IMG/VR virus record: IMGVR_UViG_3300035670_000102 | Location: 28,966-92,965 of that record | DNA length: 64,000 nt | DNA from: a virus | Strand: one strand, 5' to 3' | In this document: positions 41,320-50,667 of the stretch, piece after piece | Position numbering within the stretch: position 1 is the first letter of the stretch | Layout of the letters: each line of letters starts with the position of its first letter | Made by a program: the position numbers and the translations under genes | The notes under the pieces: model-generated | Seen by the model: only the letters and a program-made list of their open reading frames with translations | The model's database searches: none | Told to the model about the DNA's origin: nothing

Positions 41320-42264
41320 ATGACAAGTGAATTTCTTTTTGTGGAGAAATATCGTCCTCAAGTAATTGATGACTGTATTCTTCCTGATGAAACTAAAAAA
41401 ACATTTAAGGAGTTTGTGGCAAAGGGAGAGATTCCAAATCTTCTTCTTGCTGGACCTCCTGGTGTTGGTAAAACCACTATTGCAAAAGCACTGTGTAATG
41501 AATTGGGGGCAGACTATTATGTCATCAACGGATCCGACGAAGGGCGTTTCTTGGATACTGTACGGAACCAAGCAAAGAACTTCGCTTCGACCGTCTCACT
41601 AACAGCAGATTCTAAACATAAAGTTATTATTATAGATGAGGCGGACAATACGGGTAATGATGTTCAACTTTTGCTAAGAGCAAATATTGAAACATTTTAT
41701 AATAATTGTAGATTTATCTTTACCTGCAATTACAAAAATAAAATCATTGAACCTCTCCATTCCCGCTGTGCCGTTGTTGATTTTAGTGTAAAAGGTAAAG
41801 AAAAGGCACAACTTGCAAGTTCTTTTTATAAGAGACTACAAACTATTCTTGACAATGAAAAAATTACATACGATCAAAAAGTTCTTGTTGAAATGGTATC
41901 CAAACATTTCCCTGATTTCAGGCGAGTTCTCAACGAGTGCCAAAGGTACAGCGTGGGGGGTAAAATTGACTCAGGCATTCTTGCATCTTTCTCGGACATC
42001 TCCGTAAATGAATTGGTCAAATCTCTTAAAGATAAGAACTTTACTGAAGTCCGAAAGTGGGTTGTTGCCAACCTGGACAACGACGCTTCTCATCTTCTTC
42101 GCAGGGTGTATGACGCCTGTTATGATTGTCTTTCATCCGCAACTATCCCCGCTGCCGTTCTTATTATTGCTAAGTATCAATACCAATGTGCGTTCGTGGC
42201 TGATCAAGAAATTAACCTTTTAGCTGCATTGACTGAGATTATGTGTGAGTGTGAATTTAAATGA
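41320..42264 (+). CDS. g44: Clamp loader ATPase subunit gp44
   Basis: VEKYRP, GPPGVGKTT, IIDEAD, PLHSRC. Confidence 0.95.
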   Translation: MTSEFLFVEKYRPQVIDDCILPDETKKTFKEFVAKGEIPNLLLAGPPGVGKTTIAKALCNELGADYYVINGSDEGRFLDTVRNQAKNFASTVSLTADSKHKVIIIDEADNTGNDVQLLLRANIETFYNNCRFIFTCNYKNKIIEPLHSRCAVVDFSVKGKEKAQLASSFYKRLQTILDNEKITYDQKVLVEMVSKHFPDFRRVLNECQRYSVGGKIDSGILASFSDISVNELVKSLKDKNFTEVRKWVVANLDNDASHLLRRVYDACYDCLSSATIPAAVLIIAKYQYQCAFVADQEINLLAALTEIMCECEFK

Positions 42265-42515
42265 ACCCTTTTAAAATTTCATATAAAACTTTATATGAAT
42301 GTCCAGTTAAAACTACTCCAGAAAATGTGAAAGAGGCAAATGAGGGTCTTTTTCATGCCAAAATGACTCTTCCTGCAGCCGCAAAACATTGTGGTATGAC
42401 TCAAAAAGAAATGAAGCTTACATTTTATGAATATTTAAAGTATAATAAACCTAATTATGGAATTGAAGGACTGGTTAAATTCGATCAATCAAACGAAACA
42501 ACACTTGATTGGTGA
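42261..42515 (+). CDS. Small HTH-like hypothetical protein
   Basis: MTLPAAAKHCGMTQKEMK resembles a helix-turn-helix; start coupled to the g44 stop. Confidence 0.55.
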   Translation: MNPFKISYKTLYECPVKTTPENVKEANEGLFHAKMTLPAAAKHCGMTQKEMKLTFYEYLKYNKPNYGIEGLVKFDQSNETTLDW

Positions 42516-42837
42516 AGATCCTTCACTTGAGAAGGAATATGCTCCCTATATTATCAATCGTTGTCTTTCTGGTCATATTGATTGTATTATGTTTGTAAAT
42601 GAAATGAATCGGTATCATTTCCTCCCAAAAAAGATGCAATATGACTTCTTTATAAATAGTCTGAGGAAAAAGAAGAGATTTTCTCCCTGGCTCCGTCAAG
42701 ATAAAATCAAAGACCTTGATTATGTCAAACGTTATTATGGTTATAGTAATGATAAGGCAAAGCAAGCTTTGAGGATTCTTACTAAAGAACAACTAACATT
42801 TATTAAATCGAAATTTGAAACTGGAGGAACAAAATGA
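42457..42837 (+). CDS. g62: Clamp loader small subunit gp62
   Basis: Y.PYIINRCLS, NEMN, QYDFFINSLRKKKRFSPW, YYGYS..KA. Confidence 0.92.
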   Translation: MELKDWLNSINQTKQHLIGEDPSLEKEYAPYIINRCLSGHIDCIMFVNEMNRYHFLPKKMQYDFFINSLRKKKRFSPWLRQDKIKDLDYVKRYYGYSNDKAKQALRILTKEQLTFIKSKFETGGTK

Positions 42838-43274
42838 GTGTCGTTCAAGAACCTGAAGTAAAGTGGACGCCCGACCAAATGGTGGAAGTGATTCTTAATG
42901 AACCTGATGATTTTCTTAAGGTTCGTGAGACTTTGACCCGAATCGGAGTTGCTTCAAGAAAAGAAAAGAAAATCTATCAGTCTTGTCATATTCTACACAA
43001 GCAAGGTAGATATTATCTTGTTCACTTTAAGGAACTGTTTGCTCTGGACGGCAAACACGCAAACCTGACTGTGAATGATGTTCAACGTCGCAATCGTATT
43101 GCCCAACTTCTTGCTGATTGGGGATTAATTACAATTGTGGATGTGAAGAAAATACAAGATATTGCACCACTGAATCAAATTAAAGTCCTTGCTTATAAGG
43201 ATAAAGGTGATTGGATTCTTGAAACTAAGTACAATATTGGTGCTAAAAAGAAAAGAGGTGAGGAAACCGAATGA
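42834..43274 (+). CDS. regA: Translational repressor RegA
   Basis: DDFLKVRETLTRIGVAS, QSCHILHKQGRYYLVHFKELFALDG. Confidence 0.96.
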   Translation: MSVVQEPEVKWTPDQMVEVILNEPDDFLKVRETLTRIGVASRKEKKIYQSCHILHKQGRYYLVHFKELFALDGKHANLTVNDVQRRNRIAQLLADWGLITIVDVKKIQDIAPLNQIKVLAYKDKGDWILETKYNIGAKKKRGEETE

Positions 43275-43280
43275 TTTTGT

Positions 43281-43305
43281 AGGGAGTTTAACACTCCCTT
43301 TTTTT
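43281..43305 (+). terminator. Intrinsic terminator after regA
   Basis: AGGGAGT-ttaac-ACTCCCT followed by a T-run. Confidence 0.8.
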
Positions 43306-43326
43306 GTATTTCTTGTATAATTAATA

Positions 43327-43384
43327 TTGAACGCCGAAAGGGTTCTCAAAACACAAACTCGCTTTTAAAGGAGCTACCATAATG
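43327..43384 (+). promoter_or_regulatory. Structured hsp20 leader, ROSE-like RNA thermometer candidate
   Basis: GNRA hairpin (GAACGCC-GAAA-GGGTTC), then CTCGCT pairing with the SD AGGAG with a bulged G (UYGCU motif). Confidence 0.55.
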
Positions 43385-43822
43385 ACTAACCTTGCACAAT
43401 CACGGTTTACTGCGTCGGATCTTTCTACATTGATGGATAGAATCACGCGAAATAGTATTGGAATGGATGAATATTTTGATCGTCTATTTAATCTTCATGA
43501 AACCACAACAAACTATCCACCATATAATCTTGTTCAAGTCAGTAATGTTGAGTCAAGATTAGAACTTGCACTTGCTGGATTTAAAAAGAAAGAAGTTTAT
43601 GTCTACACACAAGATGGTAAACTCTTTATTGAGGCTCAGAAAGAGGATAAAGAAACGGAGTCCAACTATATCCACAAAGGTTTGGCTCAACGGAGTTTTA
43701 AGAGAGCGTGGACTCTCTCTGATGACACGGAAGTTAGATCAGTTGATTTTGAGGATGGGCTTTTAACAGTTACTTTGGGAAGAATTGTTCCCGATCATCA
43801 TAAACGAAAAGATTATCTATAA
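43382..43822 (+). CDS. hsp20: Small heat shock protein Hsp20 (IbpA-like)
   Basis: NYPPYNL, LELALAGF, YIHKGLAQRSF, FEDGLL. Confidence 0.95.
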   Translation: MTNLAQSRFTASDLSTLMDRITRNSIGMDEYFDRLFNLHETTTNYPPYNLVQVSNVESRLELALAGFKKKEVYVYTQDGKLFIEAQKEDKETESNYIHKGLAQRSFKRAWTLSDDTEVRSVDFEDGLLTVTLGRIVPDHHKRKDYL

Positions 43823-43905
43823 ATATAATTGAATATCGTCGGCGCTATGCCACGGGAGGTAACTGGCAAAATCCAGTTGACACCTCCCATTTTTAATGCT
43901 ATGAT
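43818..43905 (+). promoter_or_regulatory. Composite element: late promoter, two hairpins, AACTGGCA box and sigma70 promoter TTGACA-N17-TATGAT
   Basis: TATAAATA 43818-25; GGGAGGT-AACTGG/CCAGTT-gac-ACCTCCC stem; TTGACA 43877-82; TATGAT 43900-05. Confidence 0.65.
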
Positions 43906-43937
43906 AAAAATATCTCTCAACAATAGTAAAAACTAAA

Positions 43938-44267
43938 ATGTCATTAAAACTTGTTTTACTTAAATCTGGAGAAACTATAGTTTCCGATGTGAAAGAAATT
44001 ATTTCTGGAAATGAAGAAAATAATAAGATAGAAGCTTATTTATTGGATAAGCCATATAAAATTACAAGTCAAACACCAATTTTTTTGGCTGAAGAAAACT
44101 CAAATTTGAAAACACAAGATTCAGTTCAAGTTTCTCTGAATCCATGGATGGTTCTTTCTTTAGATGATAAAATTCCAATACCATTAGATTGGGTTGTAAC
44201 TATAGTTGATCCTATTGAACCATTAAAAGAACTTTATGAGGAAAATGTAAATGCAGAAAACAGTTAA
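43938..44267 (+). CDS. Conserved hypothetical protein (Sm-like fold likely)
   Basis: LVLLKSGETIVSDV...LDKPY...PWM...VVTIVDP. Confidence 0.75.
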   Translation: MSLKLVLLKSGETIVSDVKEIISGNEENNKIEAYLLDKPYKITSQTPIFLAEENSNLKTQDSVQVSLNPWMVLSLDDKIPIPLDWVVTIVDPIEPLKELYEENVNAENS

Positions 44268-44505
44268 ATGTTTATTATTAAAAGTTGATACTGTCATCGT
44301 TACTGAAATTGTAGAAATTGATGCAGATTTGGGAGAACCAAATTGTAAATTAATTAATCCATATGAAGTTGATAGTGAACATGAACTTGTTCCTTGGCCA
44401 GATGTTACAGATCAAAAAGAAATGATGATTCATTCTGATAGTATTCTTACAATTGTAGATCCAATCGAAGAAATTGTTCAAAAATATCTTGAATTGACTG
44501 CCTGA
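44251..44505 (+). CDS. Conserved hypothetical protein, probable paralogue of upstream ORF
   Basis: LINPY...PWP...ILTIVDP parallels LDKPY...PWM...VVTIVDP. Confidence 0.7.
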   Translation: MQKTVKCLLLKVDTVIVTEIVEIDADLGEPNCKLINPYEVDSEHELVPWPDVTDQKEMMIHSDSILTIVDPIEEIVQKYLELTA

Positions 44506-44524
44506 TGAATTAAATACTTTTTCT

Positions 44525-44572
44525 TTATCTTTTTTTAGATAGTTTGTTGTATATTGAGTAGATATACGCCAT
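44525..44572 (-). pseudogene. Remnant of a GIY-YIG endonuclease N-terminus (MAYIYSIYNKLSKKR*)
   Basis: Minus-strand 15-codon ORF matching the YIY-x-I-x-N-x-x-x-x-K-x-YIG start, with a stop where the YIG Tyr is expected. Confidence 0.5.
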
Positions 44573-44599
44573 TATTTTTGAACTAATCTGTAATTATCT

Positions 44600-47107
44600 A
44601 TGTCTTTTCGCTTTTATACAAACGTTCAAATGGTCGGGGACAACTTTCTTGTCCGTGGTTATGAAGATGGTAAACACTTTATGACCCGTGAGAAGTTTTA
44701 CCCGACTCTTTTTGTCCCCTCTAATAAAAAAACAAAATATAAAACCTTAAGTGGAGAATATGTCGAATCAGTTCAACCTGGATCTGTTCGTGATTGTAGG
44801 GAATTTGTTAAGAAGTATGAGAATGTAGAAAATTTTAAAATCTTTGGAAATACTCAATACATTTATCAGTATATTTCTGATATGTATCCAGATGAAGAAC
44901 TTAAGTTTGATATTAATAAAATTAAAGTAACTACGATTGATATTGAGGTTGCTTCTGAAAATGGATTTCCAGACGTAGAGTCGGCAGCAGAAGAAGTTCT
45001 CTTGATCACCGTTCAAGATTATTCCTCAAAGCAAATTCATACTTGGGGAAAGGGACCATTTCAAAATAACCAAAAAAATGTTTCTTACCGTTCTTTTTCG
45101 TCTGAATATGATCTTCTGAATGATTTTATTCACTGGTGGATGATTGAAACTAATACACCAGAAGTTGTAACTGGATGGAATAGTAAACTGTACGATATTC
45201 CATACCTAGTGCGACGTATTGATCGTGTTCTTGGTGAAAAACTCATGAAGCGTTTATCACCTTGGGGATTGGTTACTGAGGATGAAACTTATATCTCTGG
45301 ACGTAAGCACCTTTGTTATGATATTGGTGGAATCTCGCAGTTAGACTATCTTGATCTTTATAAGAAGTTTACTTATAAGACGCAGGAATCTTATCGCCTA
45401 GATTATATTGCCGAAGTTGAACTTAAGCAGAAAAAACTAGATCACTCTGAATTTGATACTTTTAAGGACTTCTACACTAAAGGATGGCAGAAGTTTGTGG
45501 AGTACAACATCAAGGACGTGGAACTTGTTGACCGTTTGGAAGACAAGATGAAACTAATTGAACTTGCTCTTACGATGGCATATGATGCCAAGGCAAACTA
45601 TGAGGATGTATTTTCTCAAGTTCGCATGTGGGATACAATCATCTATAACTATCTGAAAAAGAGAAATATTGTTATTCCTCCTAAAGAGCGTTCTGATAAG
45701 GACACCAAATATGAGGGTGCATATGTAAAAGAACCAATTCCTGGTATGTATGATTGGGTAGTGAGTTTTGACTTGAACTCTCTGTATCCTCACTTGATTA
45801 TGCAATATAATATCTCTCCAGAAACACTTGTTGAAGAAAAACATCCAACAGTTAACGTGGATAAAATTCTTAATCAAACTATTAACTTTGAAATGTATAA
45901 GGACTATGCGGTATGTGCAAATGGTGCCATGTATCGCAAAGATGTGCGTGGATTTCTTCCAGAACTGATGGAAAAGATTTATAATGAACGTGTAATCTTT
46001 AAAAAGAAAATGCTTGAGGCAGAACAAGCATACGAAAAGAAAAAAACCAAAGAGTTGGAAAAAGAAATTGCCCGATGCAATAACATTCAAATGGCACGTA
46101 AGATTCAACTTAATTCTGCTTATGGTGCTATTGGCAACCAGTATTTCCGTTATTTTAAATTGGCAAATGCCGAGGCAATTACCTTGTCAGGTCAAGTTTC
46201 AATTAACTGGATTATGAATAAAGTAAATGCCTATCTCAACAAAATTCTCAAGAGTGGAGATGTTGATTATGTTATTGCTTCAGATACTGATTCTCTTTAC
46301 GTTAATATGGGTCCTTTGGTTGAAAGTGTATACAAAGGGAGAGAGAAAACTACTCAAGGCATCGTTTCGTTCCTTGATAAGGTCTGTAAGGTGGAATTTG
46401 AAAAATATATTGAAAGTTCTTACCAAGAATTGGCAGAATATGTAAATGCTTATGAGCAGAAAATGATCATGAAGCGTGAATGTATTGCTGAACGTGGTAT
46501 TTGGACTGCAAAGAAGCGATATATTTTGAGTGTTTGGGATAGTGAGGGTGTTCGCTATGAAGAATCTAAACTCAAGATCAAAGGAATTGAAGCAATTAAA
46601 TCTTCTACACCCGCCCCTTGCCGTAAGATGCTAAAAGAATCTTTTAATATCTTAATGAGTGGTACTGAAGATGATATGATTGATTTTATTGATAAGTGCC
46701 GTGAGGAATTTAAGTCTCTTCCTCCAGAACAAATTGCATTTCCAAGAACTGCTTCGGATATTCGCAAATACTACTCATCTTCTAGTATTTACGCTCCCAA
46801 AACACCAATTCAAGTTCGTGGTGCATTATTGTTTAATCATTATGTAAAACAAAAAAATCTCACAAATAAATATTCTCTTATTAATAATGGTGAAAAAGTC
46901 AAGTTTTTATTTTTAAAAAAACCAAATATTATTCAGGAAAATGTAATCTCATTTATTCAACAGTTTCCTACTGAACTTGGTCTTGACAAATATATTGATT
47001 ATGAATTACAATTTGAGAAAGCATTCTTGGATCCACTCAAAACAATTTTGAATATTATTGGGTGGAAAGAAGAAAAAACCGTAAACCTTGAATCATTTTT
47101 TTCCTAA
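44600..47107 (+). CDS. g43: Family B DNA polymerase gp43
   Basis: Exo DIEV and YDIPY; SFDLNSLYPH, KIQLNSAYGA, ASDTDS. Confidence 0.97.
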   Translation: MSFRFYTNVQMVGDNFLVRGYEDGKHFMTREKFYPTLFVPSNKKTKYKTLSGEYVESVQPGSVRDCREFVKKYENVENFKIFGNTQYIYQYISDMYPDEELKFDINKIKVTTIDIEVASENGFPDVESAAEEVLLITVQDYSSKQIHTWGKGPFQNNQKNVSYRSFSSEYDLLNDFIHWWMIETNTPEVVTGWNSKLYDIPYLVRRIDRVLGEKLMKRLSPWGLVTEDETYISGRKHLCYDIGGISQLDYLDLYKKFTYKTQESYRLDYIAEVELKQKKLDHSEFDTFKDFYTKGWQKFVEYNIKDVELVDRLEDKMKLIELALTMAYDAKANYEDVFSQVRMWDTIIYNYLKKRNIVIPPKERSDKDTKYEGAYVKEPIPGMYDWVVSFDLNSLYPHLIMQYNISPETLVEEKHPTVNVDKILNQTINFEMYKDYAVCANGAMYRKDVRGFLPELMEKIYNERVIFKKKMLEAEQAYEKKKTKELEKEIARCNNIQMARKIQLNSAYGAIGNQYFRYFKLANAEAITLSGQVSINWIMNKVNAYLNKILKSGDVDYVIASDTDSLYVNMGPLVESVYKGREKTTQGIVSFLDKVCKVEFEKYIESSYQELAEYVNAYEQKMIMKRECIAERGIWTAKKRYILSVWDSEGVRYEESKLKIKGIEAIKSSTPAPCRKMLKESFNILMSGTEDDMIDFIDKCREEFKSLPPEQIAFPRTASDIRKYYSSSSIYAPKTPIQVRGALLFNHYVKQKNLTNKYSLINNGEKVKFLFLKKPNIIQENVISFIQQFPTELGLDKYIDYELQFEKAFLDPLKTILNIIGWKEEKTVNLESFFS

Positions 47108-47271
47108 TGGATTTACCTATTAATGACGAAGAATTAAATACAATCGTGAGTGCTTTAACTCTAGGTGGAAATACTGCTCTTTATCAGAAATTAAAATTGG
47201 TAAAAGAACTTAAAGAACAAGGTTTGCCGTACAAAAAAATACTTCGGGAAGAGTATGGTATGGTAGCATGA
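47107..47271 (+). CDS. Small hypothetical protein (54 aa, MDLPINDEELNTIV...)
   Basis: Not in the ORF track; ATG overlaps the g43 stop (TAATG). Confidence 0.6.
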   Translation: MDLPINDEELNTIVSALTLGGNTALYQKLKLVKELKEQGLPYKKILREEYGMVA

Positions 47272-47420
47272 TAACATTACCAATAACAGATAAAGATCTT
47301 ATTACTATTATGGAATTGTTGGAAAGAAATAAAGACAAGCATAAAGACTTGTACGCAAAACTATGGTCGTTTAAATTTCAAAGGAATACTAAAGATGGAT
47401 TTTCTAAAAGATATAATTAA
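47268..47420 (+). CDS. Small hypothetical protein (50 aa, [14 protein letters not shown]...)
   Basis: Not in the ORF track; ATGA overlap with the previous ORF and similar N-terminal motif. Confidence 0.55.
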   Translation: MITLPITDKDLITIMELLERNKDKHKDLYAKLWSFKFQRNTKDGFSKRYN

Positions 47421-48399
47421 AGAAGTAGGAGGAGAATATGCTTCTATTGCTTCAGAGATAGATGAAACAGAAACTTATGTTGACACGGGTTCGTACATTT
47501 TTAATGCATTGGTTTCGGGTAGTATATTTGGTGGTGTATCTGGGAATAAGATTACTGCTATTGCTGGAGAGTCTTCTACTGGAAAGACTTTCTTCTCTCT
47601 CGCTGTGGTTAAGAATTTTCTTGATAATAACCCCGATGGTTATTGTCTCTATTTTGATACTGAGGCTGCCATTACCAAATCTCTCTTGGAAAGTCGCGGC
47701 ATCGACACATCAAGACTTATCGTGGTTAATGTTGTCACCGTAGAAGAATTTCGTGGAAAGGCACTTAAGGCAGTAGACATTTATCTTAAAAAACCCGAAG
47801 AAGAACGTAAACCTTGCATGTTTGTGCTAGACTCTTTAGGTATGCTTTCAACTGATAAAGAGATTACTGATGCACTTAATGATAAGCAAGTTCGTGACAT
47901 GACAAAATCTCAACTTGTAAAAGGTGCTTTCCGTATGCTTACACTAAAGTTGGGTCAAGCAAAAATTCCTATGATTGTGACTAATCATACGTATGATGTC
48001 ATCGGTGCTTATGTTCCTACTAAAGAAATGGGTGGTGGTAGTGGTCTTAAGTATGCTGCTTCTACTATCATCTATCTCAGCAAAAAGAAGGAAAAGGATG
48101 GAACAGAAGTAGTTGGTAACATTATCAAAGCTAAGACTGCTAAATCGCGTTTGAGTAAGGAGAACAAAGATGTTGAAGTCCGTTTGTATTATGATGAGCG
48201 CGGTCTTGATCGTTACTATGGTCTTCTGGAACTTGGTGAACTTGGTGGACTCTGGAAGAATGTAGCAGGTCGCTATGAAATGGACGGTAAAAAAATCTAC
48301 GCCAAACAGATTTTGGCAAATCCAGAAGAATACTTTACTGAAGAAGTAATGGAGAAACTGGATGTGATTGCTAAAGGTGAATTCAGTTACGGTAAATAA
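47395..48399 (+). CDS. uvsX: RecA-like recombinase UvsX
   Basis: [33 protein letters not shown]. Confidence 0.95.
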   Translation: MDFLKDIIKEVGGEYASIASEIDETETYVDTGSYIFNALVSGSIFGGVSGNKITAIAGESSTGKTFFSLAVVKNFLDNNPDGYCLYFDTEAAITKSLLESRGIDTSRLIVVNVVTVEEFRGKALKAVDIYLKKPEEERKPCMFVLDSLGMLSTDKEITDALNDKQVRDMTKSQLVKGAFRMLTLKLGQAKIPMIVTNHTYDVIGAYVPTKEMGGGSGLKYAASTIIYLSKKKEKDGTEVVGNIIKAKTAKSRLSKENKDVEVRLYYDERGLDRYYGLLELGELGGLWKNVAGRYEMDGKKIYAKQILANPEEYFTEEVMEKLDVIAKGEFSYGK

Positions 48400-48401
48400 T
48401 T

Positions 48402-49301
48402 ATGAGTGGAAAAATTATTGATTGCTTTTCTTATTTTAATGAAAAGGAATTATTAGAATTGAGAATTAAATTACTTTATGATTGCGTTGATAAATTTTTA
48501 ATTACTGATGCTAATTATACTCATAGTGGAAATCCAAAATCTTTTTCCTGTAGAGAAGAAATAAAAAAATTAGGATTAGAGTCTGATAAAGTCCAAGTTA
48601 TTGAACTAGATTTGTCTGATGATAAAATTTTAAATCCAGATGATTATGATAAATTTTGGGGAGGTAGTGAGATAAAATTTAGGAGTAGAGAAAGATTGCA
48701 AAGAGATGGGATATTAAATGTTTTAAATGAATATGATGATAATGATGTTTTTATTGTCTCCGATTGTGATGAAATAATAAATCCAGAAACAATAAATTTT
48801 TTAAGTGAAATTTTAAGATATCAATATGATAATGTATTTAAAATACCATTGGTTTTGTTGGAAGGTAGGGCAGATTTAAGAACTTATTGTGCAAGTGATA
48901 ATTCAGAAAAACCTTGGAATAAGTCAATGTATATGTGCTTAAAACATCATTTACAAAAATGCTTTCCTACACAAATAAGAGCCGAATATTATCTTCCATT
49001 TGGAATTACCTATGCAACGCAAAATAATCAAATTCTTACAGATCTTGGGTGGCATTTTAGTTGGATGGGTGATTCTATTAATAGGATGCTAAAGGCAAAA
49101 TCTTTTTGCCATTATTCTGATAATTTGGTAGAATCTATGAAATATTATGAACCAAAAGAAGATTCTATTAGTCCAGAATCGCTATATTTTAATAATAAAG
49201 ATTATATTTTAAAAAAATATCTAATTAAGAATTTACCTCAATTAATATTTGATTTGCCAAAGGTAAAAAACTTTTTATTGCCAAATGATGGAACGAATTG
49301 A
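48402..49301 (+). CDS. Glycosyltransferase family 17-like (beta-1,4-GlcNAc transferase-like)
   Basis: IIDCF.YFNE.ELLELR...L...VD.F.I...N.THSG.PK, RERLQR, IVSDCDEI, GWHFSW. Confidence 0.8.
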   Translation: MSGKIIDCFSYFNEKELLELRIKLLYDCVDKFLITDANYTHSGNPKSFSCREEIKKLGLESDKVQVIELDLSDDKILNPDDYDKFWGGSEIKFRSRERLQRDGILNVLNEYDDNDVFIVSDCDEIINPETINFLSEILRYQYDNVFKIPLVLLEGRADLRTYCASDNSEKPWNKSMYMCLKHHLQKCFPTQIRAEYYLPFGITYATQNNQILTDLGWHFSWMGDSINRMLKAKSFCHYSDNLVESMKYYEPKEDSISPESLYFNNKDYILKKYLIKNLPQLIFDLPKVKNFLLPNDGTN

Positions 49302-50667
49302 AACTACTATTTTAAGGAACCTTGTATTTAATGAAGATTACTCACGAAAAGTTATACCTTTCATACAACCAGATTATTTTGAGCAAAAGGCGGAGAAGGT
49401 CATTTTTGAGGAGATTGTTCAATTCATTGTTAAATATGGTTCAGCAATCACCATTGAAGCACTCAACATTGAGATAGAAAATCGAACTGATCTTAATGAA
49501 ACTGAGGTCAAAAATATTCGAGAAATTAATGCATCTTTGGATGATGCTCCCGTAGAAAAGCAATGGTTGCTTGATACTACAGAAAAGTGGTGTCGTGACC
49601 GTGCTATCTATTTGGCACTTATGGAGTCAATTCATATTGCTGATGGTAATGATGGAAAGAAAAATCGTGATGCGATTCCAAGCATTCTCTCTGATGCTTT
49701 AGCAGTATCGTTTGATAATAATATTGGTCACGATTATCTTCAGAACTACGAGGAGAGATATGATTTTTATCACCGTAAAGAAGATAAGATCGAGTTTGAT
49801 TTAGAATATTTCAACAAAATCACGAAAGGTGGTCTACCTAACAAAACTCTCAATATCGCTCTCGCTGGAACGGGTGTTGGGAAATCATTGTTTATGTGTC
49901 ATATTGCTAGTTCCGCGTTGCTACAGGGTAGGAACGTTCTTTACGTCACTCTTGAAATGGCGGAAGAAAGAATTGCAGAAAGAATTGATGCGAATATTCT
50001 CAATGTACCTATTCAGCAACTGGTTGATCTTCCACGTTCGACATTTGAGAACAAAGTAAATAGTATTGCGAAGAAAACACAAGGTTCTCTTATAATTAAA
50101 GAGTATCCAACCGCTTCTGCACACGCAGGACATTTCAAGGCACTTCTCAATGAACTTGCTCTTAAAAAGTCATTCAGACCTGATATTATTTTTATCGATT
50201 ACCTTAATATTTGTGCTTCCTCTAGACATAAGGCAAATAGTTCTATCAATTCTTATTCGTATATTAAGTCAATTGCAGAAGAACTTCGCGGTCTAGCGGT
50301 AGAATTCAATGTTCCCATTGTCTCTGCTACCCAGACTACCCGCAGTGGTTATGGTAACTCCGATGTTGAACTTACTGATACTAGTGAGTCCTTTGGTCTC
50401 CCTGCTACTGCTGATCTTATGTTTGCCCTTATTAGTACTGAAGAATTGGAAGGACTTGGGCAGATTATGGTGAAACAATTGAAGAATCGATATAATGATC
50501 CTACTATCTACAAGCGTTTTATTGTGGGTATTGATCGTGCTAAAATGAGATTGTATGATTGTGAACAAACAGCACAAAAAGACATACTTGACTCCGGAAA
50601 CGAAGACGAGTATAATGATTACGAAGACAAGAAACCTAAAAAATCATTTGAGGGATTTAAGTTTTGA
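49285..50667 (+). CDS. g41: Replicative helicase gp41
   Basis: AGTGVGKS, TLEMAEE, IDYLNI, SATQTTR, QLKNRY; no intein. Confidence 0.96.
   Translation: MMERIETTILRNLVFNEDYSRKVIPFIQPDYFEQKAEKVIFEEIVQFIVKYGSAITIEALNIEIENRTDLNETEVKNIREINASLDDAPVEKQWLLDTTEKWCRDRAIYLALMESIHIADGNDGKKNRDAIPSILSDALAVSFDNNIGHDYLQNYEERYDFYHRKEDKIEFDLEYFNKITKGGLPNKTLNIALAGTGVGKSLFMCHIASSALLQGRNVLYVTLEMAEERIAERIDANILNVPIQQLVDLPRSTFENKVNSIAKKTQGSLIIKEYPTASAHAGHFKALLNELALKKSFRPDIIFIDYLNICASSRHKANSSINSYSYIKSIAEELRGLAVEFNVPIVSATQTTRSGYGNSDVELTDTSESFGLPATADLMFALISTEELEGLGQIMVKQLKNRYNDPTIYKRFIVGIDRAKMRLYDCEQTAQKDILDSGNEDEYNDYEDKKPKKSFEGFKF

Noticed and set aside
17277-50667. Inteins or introns in g17, g46, g43, uvsX or g41
   Set aside because: All are of normal length with contiguous motifs and no intein blocks.
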